A stretch of 64,000 nucleotides of DNA from Heterodontus francisci. Its lineage: Eukaryota. A program made the translations under genes and the position numbers. The stretch lies in the NCBI RefSeq assembly GCF_036365525.1, contig NC_090404.1, positions 3,658,001 to 3,722,000 on the forward strand. The letters run 5' to 3'. Below, one piece after another: positions 12,087 through 23,161 of this stretch (position 1 is the stretch's first letter; each line of letters starts with the position of its first letter). The notes under the pieces are model-generated. The model was not told the origin of the DNA. It was given only the letters and a program-made list of their open reading frames with translations, and did no database searches.

Positions 12087-12794
12087 TGTAAGCGGTGACC
12101 GCTTTGTGGAACATCTCCGCTCAGTCCGCAAGCAGGACCCTGAGCTTCCGGTTGCTTGCCATTTCAACACTCCCCCCTGCTCTCATGTTCACATCTCTGT
12201 CCTGGGATTGCTGCAGTGTTCCAGTGAACATCAACGCAAGCTCGAGGAACAGCATCTCATCTACCGATTAGGCACACTACAGCCTGCCGGACTGAACATT
12301 GAGTTCAATAATTTCAGAGCATGACAGCCCCCCCATTTTACTTTCATTTTTAGTTATTTTTTCTTCCTTTTTTTACATTCCTTCTTACATTTTTTACAAT
12401 CTTTTTTTGCATTTATTTCATTTCATCTTGGTTTGTTCAGTTTGCTTACCCACTGTTTTTTTCAGGTTGTTTTTCTTCAGGTTTGCACTTGCTGCTGTTC
12501 AATATTCAGTGTCTTCACACCTAATCTGTACTAATGCTTTGTCTTTCAACACACCATTAACATATTGTTTGCCTTTGCTCCGTGACCTTTTGGTCAGCTA
12601 TGTGGCCTGGTCCAATCTGCACCTTCTCCTTTGTTATCTCTTGCCCCACCCCCACCTCACTTATTTATAATCTGTGACTTTTCTAATATTTGTCAGTTCC
12701 GAAGAATGGTCACTGACCCGAAACGTTAACTCTGCTTCTCTTTCCACAGATGCTGCCAGACCTGCTGAGTGATTCCAGCATTTCTTGTTTTTGT
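12087..12794 (+). mobile_element. Penelope-like element 3' fragment (GIY-YIG end plus tail) with 18-bp target-site duplication
   Basis: EHLRSVR...VACHFN...RKLEEQHLIYRLGTLQPAGLN. Flanked by TGCGACTTGTATAATACT (12069-12086) and TGCGACTTGTATCATACT (12795-12812). Empty site in copy 2 at ~38754-38771. Confidence 0.88.
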
Positions 12795-13769
12795 TGCGAC
12801 TTGTATCATACTGGCAGAGATTAGCTTTTCCAGACTGATGCTGCAGGGTGATTACTGCAGGCTTGCTGCCATCTGGTGGAATAAATCAGAAGTTCTCTCT
12901 CAGCAATGTTTCCTTCATTCGGAGAACTTTTATTTCGGAGTTCATTTCCTAACACATTCAGAAGGAGACCACACTAAAATGGTTGTGATAATTAAATAAG
13001 TAAAGTGAACAGTGAGATTGTTAAGAATGTTACCTGCTGAGGCAATAAATATAGCAGAAGTGACATTACCGTCCGCATTGGGAGCAGACTTTGTCTTTTG
13101 TTCGTGCACTGACTCAAACTCTTATCTTGCACGTTTTTGAGCTTATATGTGTTGTATATCTTGTGCTCTTAGTCACAAGTTTCTAACGTGATAACATGTC
13201 AATGTATTCAGGTTATGTTTAATTGATGCTAAGCACTTTCATTAAATTATATCATTTTCTTTAGTGAGTGTGAGCGCCGCTTTTTATCTTTGTGTAATGT
13301 CCTTTTCACGGTTTTTATGTCACTATTGCAACATTTTTGACACTTTTTTATATTACAATTTTGTATTCAGTCGGTCTTTGACCATCTGGACTGGTGCCTA
13401 GAACACACCATACCTGTCCTTAGAGATTATTAGTCCATCAATCATTTTTTGTCAGCTTCTATTCCTGTCCTGAAAATAGCCTCTTAGATCCAAATATTAT
13501 TGTCGATTCTTAGTTTTAATATGTGTAAAAGTCTTTAAGATTGAGAAATGTTTAATCAAGCTCCTTTAATTATTCGGATCTTCCCCATCGAGCGTGCCTG
13601 CCGAGACTGTAGAATGATATTTTGAACCAAACATTACTTGTTCATTTGCAGTGAGTTATATCCGAAGCAGCGGTGCCTGGGAATAACTAATTCCACGCTA
13701 CCTGCTGGAGTTTGTATTTTCAGTGTGAACGGCGAGTTCCCAGAGATTCACAGATCAACAGCAGCCAAT

Positions 13770-14081
13770 TCATCCCCTACTCCCTGCACAGTAATAGACC
13801 GCGGTGTCAGACAGCCGCAGCTCCGAGATGATCAATCGGTACAACTTGTCTGACTGCTGGACTATATCAGAAAACCCGTTCTGAGAGAAATCCGCCTTAA
13901 AGACAGCACCGCCGCTAGCGTCCCTTCAGACTGCAAACTCGGACAGACTGCCTTGGTATTGGCGGTAGCAGAATAAGTAATAACCCTTGTCTGCATAGTT
14001 CCAGGTTAAAGTGGCATCTTCTGCCCTCTGTTTGTGTGAGCGAGGGCTCCCGATGAGTAACAGAATCTCCATCGCTCAGAT
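13770..14081 (-). pseudogene. TCR V-alpha/delta pseudogene (copy 1)
   Basis: Reads DGDSVTHREPSLTQTEG/EDATLTWNYADKGYYLFCYRQYQG...AV*...RLIISELRLSDTAVYYCAGSRG. Frameshift, first Cys changed to Trp, conserved Trp changed to Cys, internal stop, no RSS visible. Confidence 0.82.
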
Positions 14082-14189
14082 CTCGAACAAATCTTAAAGA
14101 AAGCGGAAGTCACCGATCAAACGTTCGAAATGGACCACACTGGCGGTGAAAATTCGCAGTCAGTGTTTTATACATTTAAATATAATCTA

Positions 14190-14728
14190 AAGCAAAGAAA
14201 AGATCATTCGGCCCAACTGGTCCAAGCCAAGCTTCACACGCCCCCCAGAGCATCCTTCACCCTCTTCATCTCCCTCTATCAGCATATCCTTCATCCTTTT
14301 CTCCCTCATCTGTTTACCCAGCTTCCCCTTAAATCATCTATGCTATTCACCTCTATCCCTCCTTGTGGTAGCGAGTTCCACATTTTCATCGCTCTCTTGG
14401 TAAAGAGGTTTCTCCAGAATTCTCTATTGGATCCTTTGGTGACTCATATTTATAGCCCATAGACTTGGAATTCTCCACGAGTTCAAACATCTCACCAAGT
14501 CTACCCTATCGAACTCCTGCATAATTTTAAAGGTATCTATCAGGTTACCCTTCAGACCCCCAGTCTGTCCAATCGTTTCTAATAGATTGTCAATTCTAGT
14601 TCCATTTCTGTAAATCGTTTTTTGCACTTTCTCCTGTTCCCCTATATCCTTGTTGTAACATGGAGACCAGAACTGCTCACAATAACCCAAGTGTGGTCTA
14701 ACTAAGCTTCGATACAAGTTTATCATGA
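14190..14728 (-). mobile_element. CR1 3' fragment in the V pseudogene intron
   Basis: LYRSLVRPHLGYCEQFWSP. Paralogue at ~40140-40685. Confidence 0.75.
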
Positions 14729-14793
14729 ACTGCCTTCTATTTCACATTTATTCCATTGATAATCAATCCCTTTCAAAAAATTTACCTTTTTAC

Positions 14794-14845
14794 CAGCAAT
14801 GAAGGTCATCCAGAGCACGGCGAGAATGGGAGCCGCACTGCCGTT
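14794..14845 (-). pseudogene. Probable leader remnant of the V pseudogene (GSAAPILAVLWMTFIA)
   Basis: Hydrophobic stretch ending in a phase-1 GTAAAA donor at 14793; no initiator ATG at the expected position; a CR1 fragment sits in the intron. Confidence 0.45.
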
Positions 14846-15109
14846 GCTCTGGAACTCAAGCGCCTTGCTTTGCCTCAGAAACCTGCAAAACAAAACAAAA
14901 AACAGGAAAGACATGATACTTGCCTCATGTCACTTCTTGCAGGGCACGAAATAGAAAAAGCTGAGAGAATTTGTTCAGACTGGTCTCATGCCACGTCCAT
15001 AACCACACGTATGTATTTTTTATTCGGAGAACTGAGACATGAATATAGCATACTGCTGATCAGAGAGAAAATTCATATCAATGGTCACCTGCATCTTAAA
15101 TTGACCTGA

Positions 15110-15722
15110 GATACAGCTTGATCTCCAATTCATCTGAGTCAGTTTGATCTGTAATTTATCTGAGAAATAGTTTGATCTCTAATTGATCTGAGAGACAGTT
15201 TCATCTCTAATTGATCTGAGACAGTTTGATCTCTAATTGATCTGAGACAGTTTGACCTGTAATTGATCTGAGAGACCGTTTGATCTCTAATTAAGCGAAG
15301 AGATAGATTGATCTGTAATTGATCTGAGAAAGTTTGATCACTCATTGATCTGAGAGACAGTTTGATCTGTAATTGATCTAAGAGACAGTTTGAACTCTAA
15401 CTGATCTGAGAGAGAGTTTGATCTCTAATTGATCTGAGGCCGTTTGATCTCTAATTGATCTGAGAGAGAGTTTGATCGCTAACTGATTTGAGACAGTTTG
15501 ATCTCGATTTGATCTGAGACAGTTTGATCTGTAATTGATCTAAGAAACAGTCTGATCTCGAATTGATCTGAGACAGTTTGATCTCTAATTGATCTGAGAG
15601 ACAGTTTGATCTCTCATTGATCTGAGACAGTTTGATCTCTAATTGATCTGAGGGACAGTTTGATCTCTCATTGATCTGAGACAGTTTGATCTCTAATTGA
15701 TCTGAGAGACAGTTTGATCTCG
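15110..15722. repeat. GATC-rich satellite, short array (24/26-bp unit (GA)GACAGTTTGATCTCTAATTGATCTGA)
   Basis: Direct tandem repetition. Confidence 0.95.
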
Positions 15723-16410
15723 ACCCGGCAATGTGAAAAATTGCCCAGGTATGTCCTGTACATAAATCGGGAGGACTATTCCAAACCGGCCAAGTAAACC
15801 CCCGCCCCCACCCCCCCCCCCCCCCCCCACCGCCAACAACCCCCGCACCCGCCTCCCCCCCACATCAATCTACTCTCAATCATCAGTAAAGTGATGGAAC
15901 GTGTCATCAGAAGTGCCATCAAGCGGCACTTGCTTAGCAATAACCTGCTCAGTGATGCCCAGTTTGGGTACCGCCAGGGCCACTCATCTCCAGACCTCAT
16001 TACAGCCTTGCTTTAAACATGGACAAAAGAGCTGAACTCAAGAGGTCAGGTGAGGGCTTCAGAGGGTACATGTTGAGAGGGCGTTTCCCGTCGTGGGGGA
16101 ATCTAGAACTGGGTGCACAGTTTCAAAATAAGGGATCTCCCATTTCGGACGGAGATGAAGAGGAAGCTCTTCTCTCACTGTGTGGTTATTTTTTGGAATT
16201 CTCTAACGCAGAGAGCAATGGAGGCGAGATCATTAAATATATTCAAGGCCGAGTTGGACAACTTTTTGGTCTACAAGGGAGTCAAGGGTTATGGGGAGTA
16301 GGCAGCAAAGTGGAATTGAGGCCAAGTTCAGATCAACCATGATTTTAGTGAATGCTGGAGCAGACCGAAGCGCCGAATGGCCTACACCTGTATGTATTTT
16401 TGATGTTTCA
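15723..16410 (+). mobile_element. Fused LINE fragments (RT piece plus CR1 3' end) abutting the satellite
   Basis: KIAQVCPVHK...QFGYRQGHS followed by HSFKIR...FWNSL...IFKAELD. Confidence 0.7.
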
Positions 16411-17000
16411 ATGATACCATTTTCCTGAACCAACTGAACATTACCCCAGTGATCATCTCTCCGTTCTCCACTCCCTCTGATACCATTTCCCTGAACTCAC
16501 TGAAATTCACTCCAGGGACCTCTCAGTGAACTTCACACCACCTCCTTCACCGTCTCATCGGCTTTTTCCAGAGCCTCCCGGCCACAGAAACACGTCCAAA
16601 GCTTTTTGATCGGAACCGAATATATTTTGACATTTGCCTTCTAATGCTGAGTAGCTTTTAATCTTAACTCCCTGCTCCATCCCTTCTGATATCATCTCCC
16701 TGAACTCAATGAGGATCACACGAGGAATATGCCAGTAGGCATCAGATCGTCCGTCCCTGTTACCCGAAAGTTTGGATCCACCTGTTTCGAGTCATCGATT
16801 TTATTATTGGCCTGGGGAATATCCACAGACGCTTTGGGAGTTAAGAATAGATATAGACTGATGTGATTAATTAACTCAATCGATGTATATTGAAAAATAA
16901 ATTGTGGGAAAATAATACTTCAGGTGAAAAATAAAACTAAATAAAATTATACTGATATGATATATTTTGTTCATAACGTAAATATGTTTCCTCCTCTACA

Positions 17001-17136
17001 TCGTCGTTGATTCCTCAGAAACATCTGGAATGAAGATAATGAGAAAGAGAGCGGCAACATCTGGACAACTGCTTCCACATTCATCATCCCGTTCTTCCTG
17101 ACCATTTTCTGCAGTTTTTCCTTCACTTTGGTGAAG
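17001..17136 (+). pseudogene. Orphan Ig heavy-chain (IgM-like) transmembrane exon TM1
   Basis: VDSSE/IWNEDNEKESGNIWTTASTFIIPFFLTIFCSFSFTLVK followed by a GTGAGA donor at 17137. Matches the IgH TM consensus WTTASTFIxLFxLSxFYSxxVTLVK|VK. Acceptor damaged, 1-nt frameshift, YS motif changed to CS. Confidence 0.82.
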
Positions 17137-18449
17137 GTGAGAATGTTCAGACTTCAGTATGACAGAGGTCGTTTCACAAATCTCTGAAAATATCATTGAT
17201 GAAAGCCTGAAGAAATTGCCCCAGACCATTAAACCACTGCTTCATTCTTTATCCCTCTTTTACAGGGCAAATGATCGATTGGATTTCGGGTGCCACGGAT
17301 TTTTCTTATCTGCTTCTCAATATTTCTGCATTCAGATAATGAAATATGTTGTCTTTGTGATTCTCCAAGTAAAATACGTTCATTTATTAGATCCGAATCC
17401 ACCGGTTGGACAAAGGGAAAACATTCATTCCAACATTCTGTTTGAAAAATGTATTCATGTGTGAGATAATCATGGTGATAATGTAATTGCATCTCAATGT
17501 TTCACAGTTGCTTGAATATTTAAGATACATATCCCTGAAGTTTCTCATTTCTTATTCATTCTTGTTCCCTTCCCTTTATTTTGATTCCTTGTTTTCTCTC
17601 TCTGGTCTTTTACAGTCGCACAGAGAGATGGAAGCTCAGACCGCGTGTATTCTGTTCTCAATGTGACGCTCATTTGTTACATTCACTTTGTGTTAACTTT
17701 TAAATTTTTCTCTCTCGATTGTTCTCTGTCAAATTGTTAATAAATCTCGAATAGCAAATCGGCAAAGTTCGCTTTTGCGGATTTATTTTTCTCCAAGGCG
17801 ACTCCTCACGGTCCCATTTTCCCATTCATTTTATTTCTCTGGCAGGTATTTTTCTCCTGCTTTGTCTGAGTAAGGTTTGAACACAAGTCCCTATTGTTCA
17901 AGGAACCAGTGCGCCATTCAATGACGCATCAAAGCAAACACACCTTTCCCTTCATGGCTCAGAGGCTGAATGGCTGCATAGACACGAGGTGCACCTCCCA
18001 GTCTACCCTGACACTTTAAACAGTAGCAATCACATTCCAGGTTCCATTAATGAGCAGGACTCTGCTCCAACACAGCCTTATATAATACAGCACATTGCTG
18101 ATTACATTTCCATTTACACAGTACCATCAAATATTCACAAGGCATGCACAGCACAGTTTAGGTGTCGGACACAGACACAACGGGAAGCACAAAACCTTGG
18201 AATGATTCACAGAGCCTGGGGCCCAGGGACACAACAAAAAGCATAAACCCTGAAAATTATTCCCATGGACTGGGACTTATCAAACACATCAAGGAACAGA
18301 AGCCCTCAGAAGGATTTGGCATTGTAACACTTCGCCTCAACCTATAAACACAAACACTCTATCTCCATCTGTTTTCTGTTATACCCATTAACCCGGCACA
18401 TCTGTCACCTGTTTCGCTGAAGACGCTTCGCTCTGCTCTGCTCCAGTCC

Positions 18450-18800
18450 CTCAGATCTCATCTCCTTGAACTCACTGAACATCACCACAGGGATCCTCTC
18501 TCCCTGCTCCATTCCCTCTGATGCCATCTCCCTGAACTCACTGAACATCACCACAGGGATCCTCTCTCCTTGCTTTCATTCCCTCTGATACCATTTCCCT
18601 GAACTCGCTGAACATCACCACCAGGGATACTCTCTCCTTGCTTTCATTCCCTCTGATACCATCTCCCTGAACTCGCTGAACATCACCCCAGGGTTACTCT
18701 CTGCCTGCTCATTTCCCTCTGATACCATTTCCCTGAACTCACTGAACATCACCACAGGGATCCTCCCTCCTTGCTTTCATTCCCTCTGATACCATCTCCT
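18450..18800. repeat. ~67-bp tandem repeat (about 5 units); related units at 16410-16720
   Basis: CTCTGATACCATCTCCCTGAACTCACTGAACATCACC at 18516, 18583, 18651, 18717 and (partial) 18784. Confidence 0.85.
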
Positions 18801-20307
18801 GGAAGTAACTCATGTATCGGCGAGTGACCCTCAGACTTTCCCTGCCTATTTCTCCGAAGTTTCGCTGCCTCTGCTTCCTCGTCTCATTTGATTATTTCGG
18901 TGCCTGCTGGCCACTGGAATGTCTCAAGAGGTTTCTGGCCACACCCGAGTATTGCCCTCTGATTCCGGAGCTGTTGTGGTTGAATAGAACATCAGGTTAA
19001 TGTGGGAAGAATTAAAGGACCATTATGAAGGGATCAGAAGGAAGTTTTGAATGCATGGAATTGCTCTTTAAAATCTGTCTGTGTTCCAATCTCTCACACT
19101 CCCCCCTCATATCTCCGGCCACCCTCCCCCTAACCTCATTCACCGTCTCCTTGATTTCTCCCCGTGCTCCCGCCGAACCTCGGCTCGGGTGGCTCTGACG
19201 GTGCGAGATCACTTTAAGAGGGCGGAGTTCACTCTCGTCACGGGTAGCACAGTCCTGGGTCACGAGTCACAGTCAGCGCAAACTGAACCTCATAATCCCT
19301 GAGTGGAGGGTGGTGAGGCCCCTTGATGCGGAATGAATGGGAGAAACGGCGCTGTGACGTGAAAGGATTGTGACGTCGTCCGCGATGGGGCAAACTGTCA
19401 GCCATCTTTGTGTGACGGAGCACACTGAAAATGTCATCTGTTTCTTTCTGTATAAAAACCTTTATTGAAAGGAAAAGTGACTTCAGTTTTCATCAAGATC
19501 GTTAGTTAATCTAAAAGGATAAACGCGAAATTTGGGTTGAAGCGAAACTTTTCAATGGGTGTCCTTAAAGCAGTTGGGGTAGTGTGCATGTGCGTCCCGT
19601 TCTCCCAGAGAGCAGGTCGGCCCGGCCCATCGAGAGGGGCCTTTCCCAGCTGTTGTGAATTGTGGGAGCAGCATCACTCAATGGCCCAGTCATTAACTGA
19701 GTGAATCCAAACGCAGAATAAAAACAGAAAGTGCTGGAAATACTCAGCATGTGGCAGCAACTGTGGACAGAAAAACAGTGTTAACTGTTCAGGTCTGTGA
19801 CGTTTCATCCTCCTTCCAGCCGGGACCTGCCCGGGTTGTTGGTCCCGAAAAACTGCGGATGTCCTGTTGAGTGGAGAATCTCTGATCGGAGAATGAAGCC
19901 GGGAAATCCCAGGAGGTGTTCACCAACGCAATCGGGAAAGACGGATTCAAACAAAGAAAAAGAGAGGAAACTTCACTGTTTGCCAGGCAAATCGGCAGTC
20001 AATAAATTTAACCTCTATGGTGATACACGACTAAGCAGAATATGCATTTTTATGGAAAGACTCACATTGTGTACACAGAAGGAAGTGAGAATGTGGGGTA
20101 AATGCTGAATTAATTAAATAGTGGAATCGAATTGGGCATCAGAAAGGAGCAATGCTGAAGGGCGTGAGCAGGAAAATGAAAGTGAAAACTTGATGAGCTC
20201 AGTGATGATTTATGCACGATAAATTCTACGATTAATTGCGATTGAAGATTTATACACTTTCCCCGTGCTTTATATCCTTGGGTCTCTGCAAATCACAGCA
20301 TGTTCAG

Positions 20308-20535
20308 GTTTTCTGTACAGCTTTGTCCGTGCGCTGTACCACTGTGTTTTGCTTTATCCCACCGTGCTCATGTTTCTGTACACTTGTCTCCGTGCTCTGT
20401 ATCACTGTGTGTCTGTAATCCCCACCATGTTCAGGTTTTTGTACAGCTCTCTCCGTGTTCTGTATCATTGTGTGTCTGTAATCCCCACTATGTTCAGGTT
20501 TTTGTGCAGCGCTTTCCGTGCTCTGTATCACTGTG
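20308..20535 (-). repeat. Tandem array of four 23-RSSs (63-bp period) 3' of the supporting V-delta
   Basis: Heptamer/nonamer pairs, each with a 23-nt spacer: 20535-20529 CACAGTG / 20505-20497 ACAAAAACC; 20472-20466 CACAATG / 20442-20434 ACAAAAACC; 20409-20403 CACAGTG / 20379-20371 ACAGAAACA; 20346-20340 CACAGTG / 20316-20308 ACAGAAAAC. Confidence 0.93.
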
Positions 20536-20843
20536 AGCTATGCGCCGACTCAGTGCACAGTAATACACAGCAGAGTCACTCAGTTGTAGTTTGGAGATGT
20601 TTAACCGGCTGATTTTCTCGGCAGGATCAATGGAAGCAGAAATTCGTCCCCCAGCAGCGTTTTCTTTATTCTCCTCTCCTGAAGTTTGTCTCTGAAGCAG
20701 GTATTTCGGAGCCTGCCCTGGGGACTGACGGTACCAGTGTACTGTGTACTGACAGAACCCTGAATATTCACAGCTTAAAGTAACAGTCTCACCGACAGCA
20801 GAGGTTTGTCGAGGCGGACTCCGGGACACCAGCGAACTGGAAT
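20536..20843 (-). CDS. STCRDV: Leaderless supporting TCR-delta V exon (partner of NAR-TCR cassette 2)
   Basis: Acceptor ctacAG ending at 20844; phase 1, matching the J2 donor. Translation (D)SSSLVSRSPPRQTSAVGETVTLSCEYSGFCQYTVHWYRQSPGQAPKYLL...SRLNISKLQLSDSAVYYCALSRRIA, with canonical C/W/C and a non-canonical CDR1 Cys. No leader exon seen just upstream. Confidence 0.92.
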
Positions 20844-23161
20844 CTGTAGTTTGAAAATATGATATTATTATGTCTTTAGTTGCTGTTTCCTTGGAGACAC
20901 ATGTGAATCACATAGTGCGGCCTTTCGCGATAATGCCTCTGAAGCCCTTTCGAACTTGATTCACTTTCATTGGCAAAGAAGCAAGCCGGGAGCTTCCAGT
21001 GACATTGATACTTTATTTATTTAGGCTGCGAGCTGTTCTGAAAGGGTGGTGGATCAGTTTCAATGATAACTTTAAACAGGCAATGGGATATATATAGTGG
21101 GGAAAGAGCAGGGTGCGTGGGACCAACAGAATAGCTCTTTCAAAGGGCCGGCGCAAGCAAAATGGGTCGAATGGTTTAATTCTGTGCTATATCTTTCTAT
21201 AATTTCTATTAAATACCTGTTTCTTTTTTGGTGTGTGTGAAAGTCTACCAAAAGAAACATTTCAGTAGTGTATTCTGATCCTGTTGGAGACGATCACCTT
21301 GCAAAGGTGTTTGACGGCGCTTAACCCGTGTGTTGGTCAAAGGTGCACAGCAAGATCTAACAGAAAGCAACGATTGAGCAAAGTTGACTCAGAACTCCTG
21401 TGTGTTGACGATCAGGGTTTAACTGCAGGTTAACATTCACGGGAGCGCCTACCTACCTCTTGCTTTATTTGTTCCTCTTTTTTTTCAATAATGAGGCCCG
21501 TTTTAATCCGTTCCACTTTAATCTGAGATGCATGCAGTTACTTTCATTTTATTTCCACATCTGGGTCGCTCATGTTGTTCTGTTATTTGTCACCATGGGA
21601 ACTTGTCCCGATGTCTCTCAGTTGTCGGTTGGATTCAGTCTGTGCAGTTTCCGCAGTGGTTTTACTGTTACTCTCTGGGAAATGGCTCTTCCGGCTTTCT
21701 GGCAATTTATATTCCTGCAGCCCATTCGTTGATTTTCTTCCGTGTTCTCCGAGCGGAGTTTTCTCTTTTTAATAATATACAGAATCTGCAGAACAGGAAT
21801 AGACCATTCCACCCAGCTGGTCTATGCCGGTTTTAATGTTCAGCATCCTGCCATATGAATTCCCTCTTCCCACCCCGAGCCCTGTGTTCCTCCATTCCTT
21901 TCTCTCTCCTGTATTTTTCAAGCCTCCCTTAAATTACACAATGTTGTTTGCTCCAACCATTACATGTTCTATACTCCATAATAAGTGTGTCCTAACGTCT
22001 TTTTTTTTCTCAGTGACTATTTTATATTGATGGCCTCTTGTTCTGGATTCACTAACAAGTGCAAACTGTTTCTCCTCCTGTACCCTATCCAACCACATTA
22101 CAATATTAATGACATCGATCTAGTCTCCTCATTGTCTTCTCTTTTCCAATGAAAAGAGCCCCAGCCTCTTCGATCTTTCCACATGATGTAGATTGCTGCT
22201 GCTCTCTGTTCACAAGAATATAAGAAATCCAAAACTGCGGAAAGGACCAGAGCTCATTCGTAGCCCGTCCCTCCAATAAAGCTCATTGCCTCGGTGTCAG
22301 ATTGTCCTTTCACTGGCTTTGAGATTGTTTTCTCCACACTCGCGCCTGGCCGATGAATCCGATTTTTGTCTCCCGTTCCGTGAATTATTTCTTGCTTGCT
22401 GTAAATGGACTCTCTTCCAGTCTGCATTTGTTCCCTGGGGTGTTCCTCTTCTCGTTTATAACAATTTGAGAAGCTCGCACTCACGAGCGCACTGAACAGT
22501 ATTGTTTCACGAATCAATAAATAGGGATGCAGTTAAATTACTGTCATCCAAATTCTCAGACACGGATAGGAAATATTAGAATTATCATAGAATGTTATAA
22601 CGCAGAAGGAGGCGATTCACCCTGTCGTGTCTGTGAAGGTTCTCTGCAAAAGAAATTTCACTACTCCCCGCCCTTCTCTCGTCGTCCTGATTTTTTCCCC
22701 CTTTCAGCTGCGTATCCAATTCCGTTTTAAAAAACACGGTGAAATCAGCCTTGACCACACTCTCAGCCAATGAATTCCAGAATGTATTCCAACTCGCTGT
22801 GTGATGAGGTTTTTCCTCATGTCGCCTTTAGTTCTTTTGCCATTCACTTTAAACCTTTGTCCTCTGCTTCTCGATACTTCTTCAAATGGGAACAATTTCT
22901 GTCTATTGAGATCTCTCATGATTTTGTACACCTCGATCAAATCTCCTCTCAACCTCCTCTTTTCGAAGGAGAACATCTCCAGTTTCTCCAATCAATCCTC
23001 GAAACCGAAGTACCTGAAATCTGGAATAGTTTTCATAAATCTGTCCTGCACCCCCTCTAACACATTTAGATTCTTACTAAAGTACTATCGCAGAATTCGA
23101 CACAATACTCGAGCTGAGGCCGAAACGGTGTTTTATAAAGATTCATCATAACTTCCATGTT

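Larger units (their letters stand above)
1..15722. repeat. Segmental duplication copy 1 (continues left of the window)
   Basis: Colinear and roughly 95-99% identical (by eye) to 27678-45275; offset 27677 at the window start. Confidence 0.95.

Noticed and set aside
20304-20612. Repetitive ORFs over the RSS array as a protein or CDR3 extension
   Set aside because: They are open only because the period is 63 nt; the V frame itself stops at 20494.
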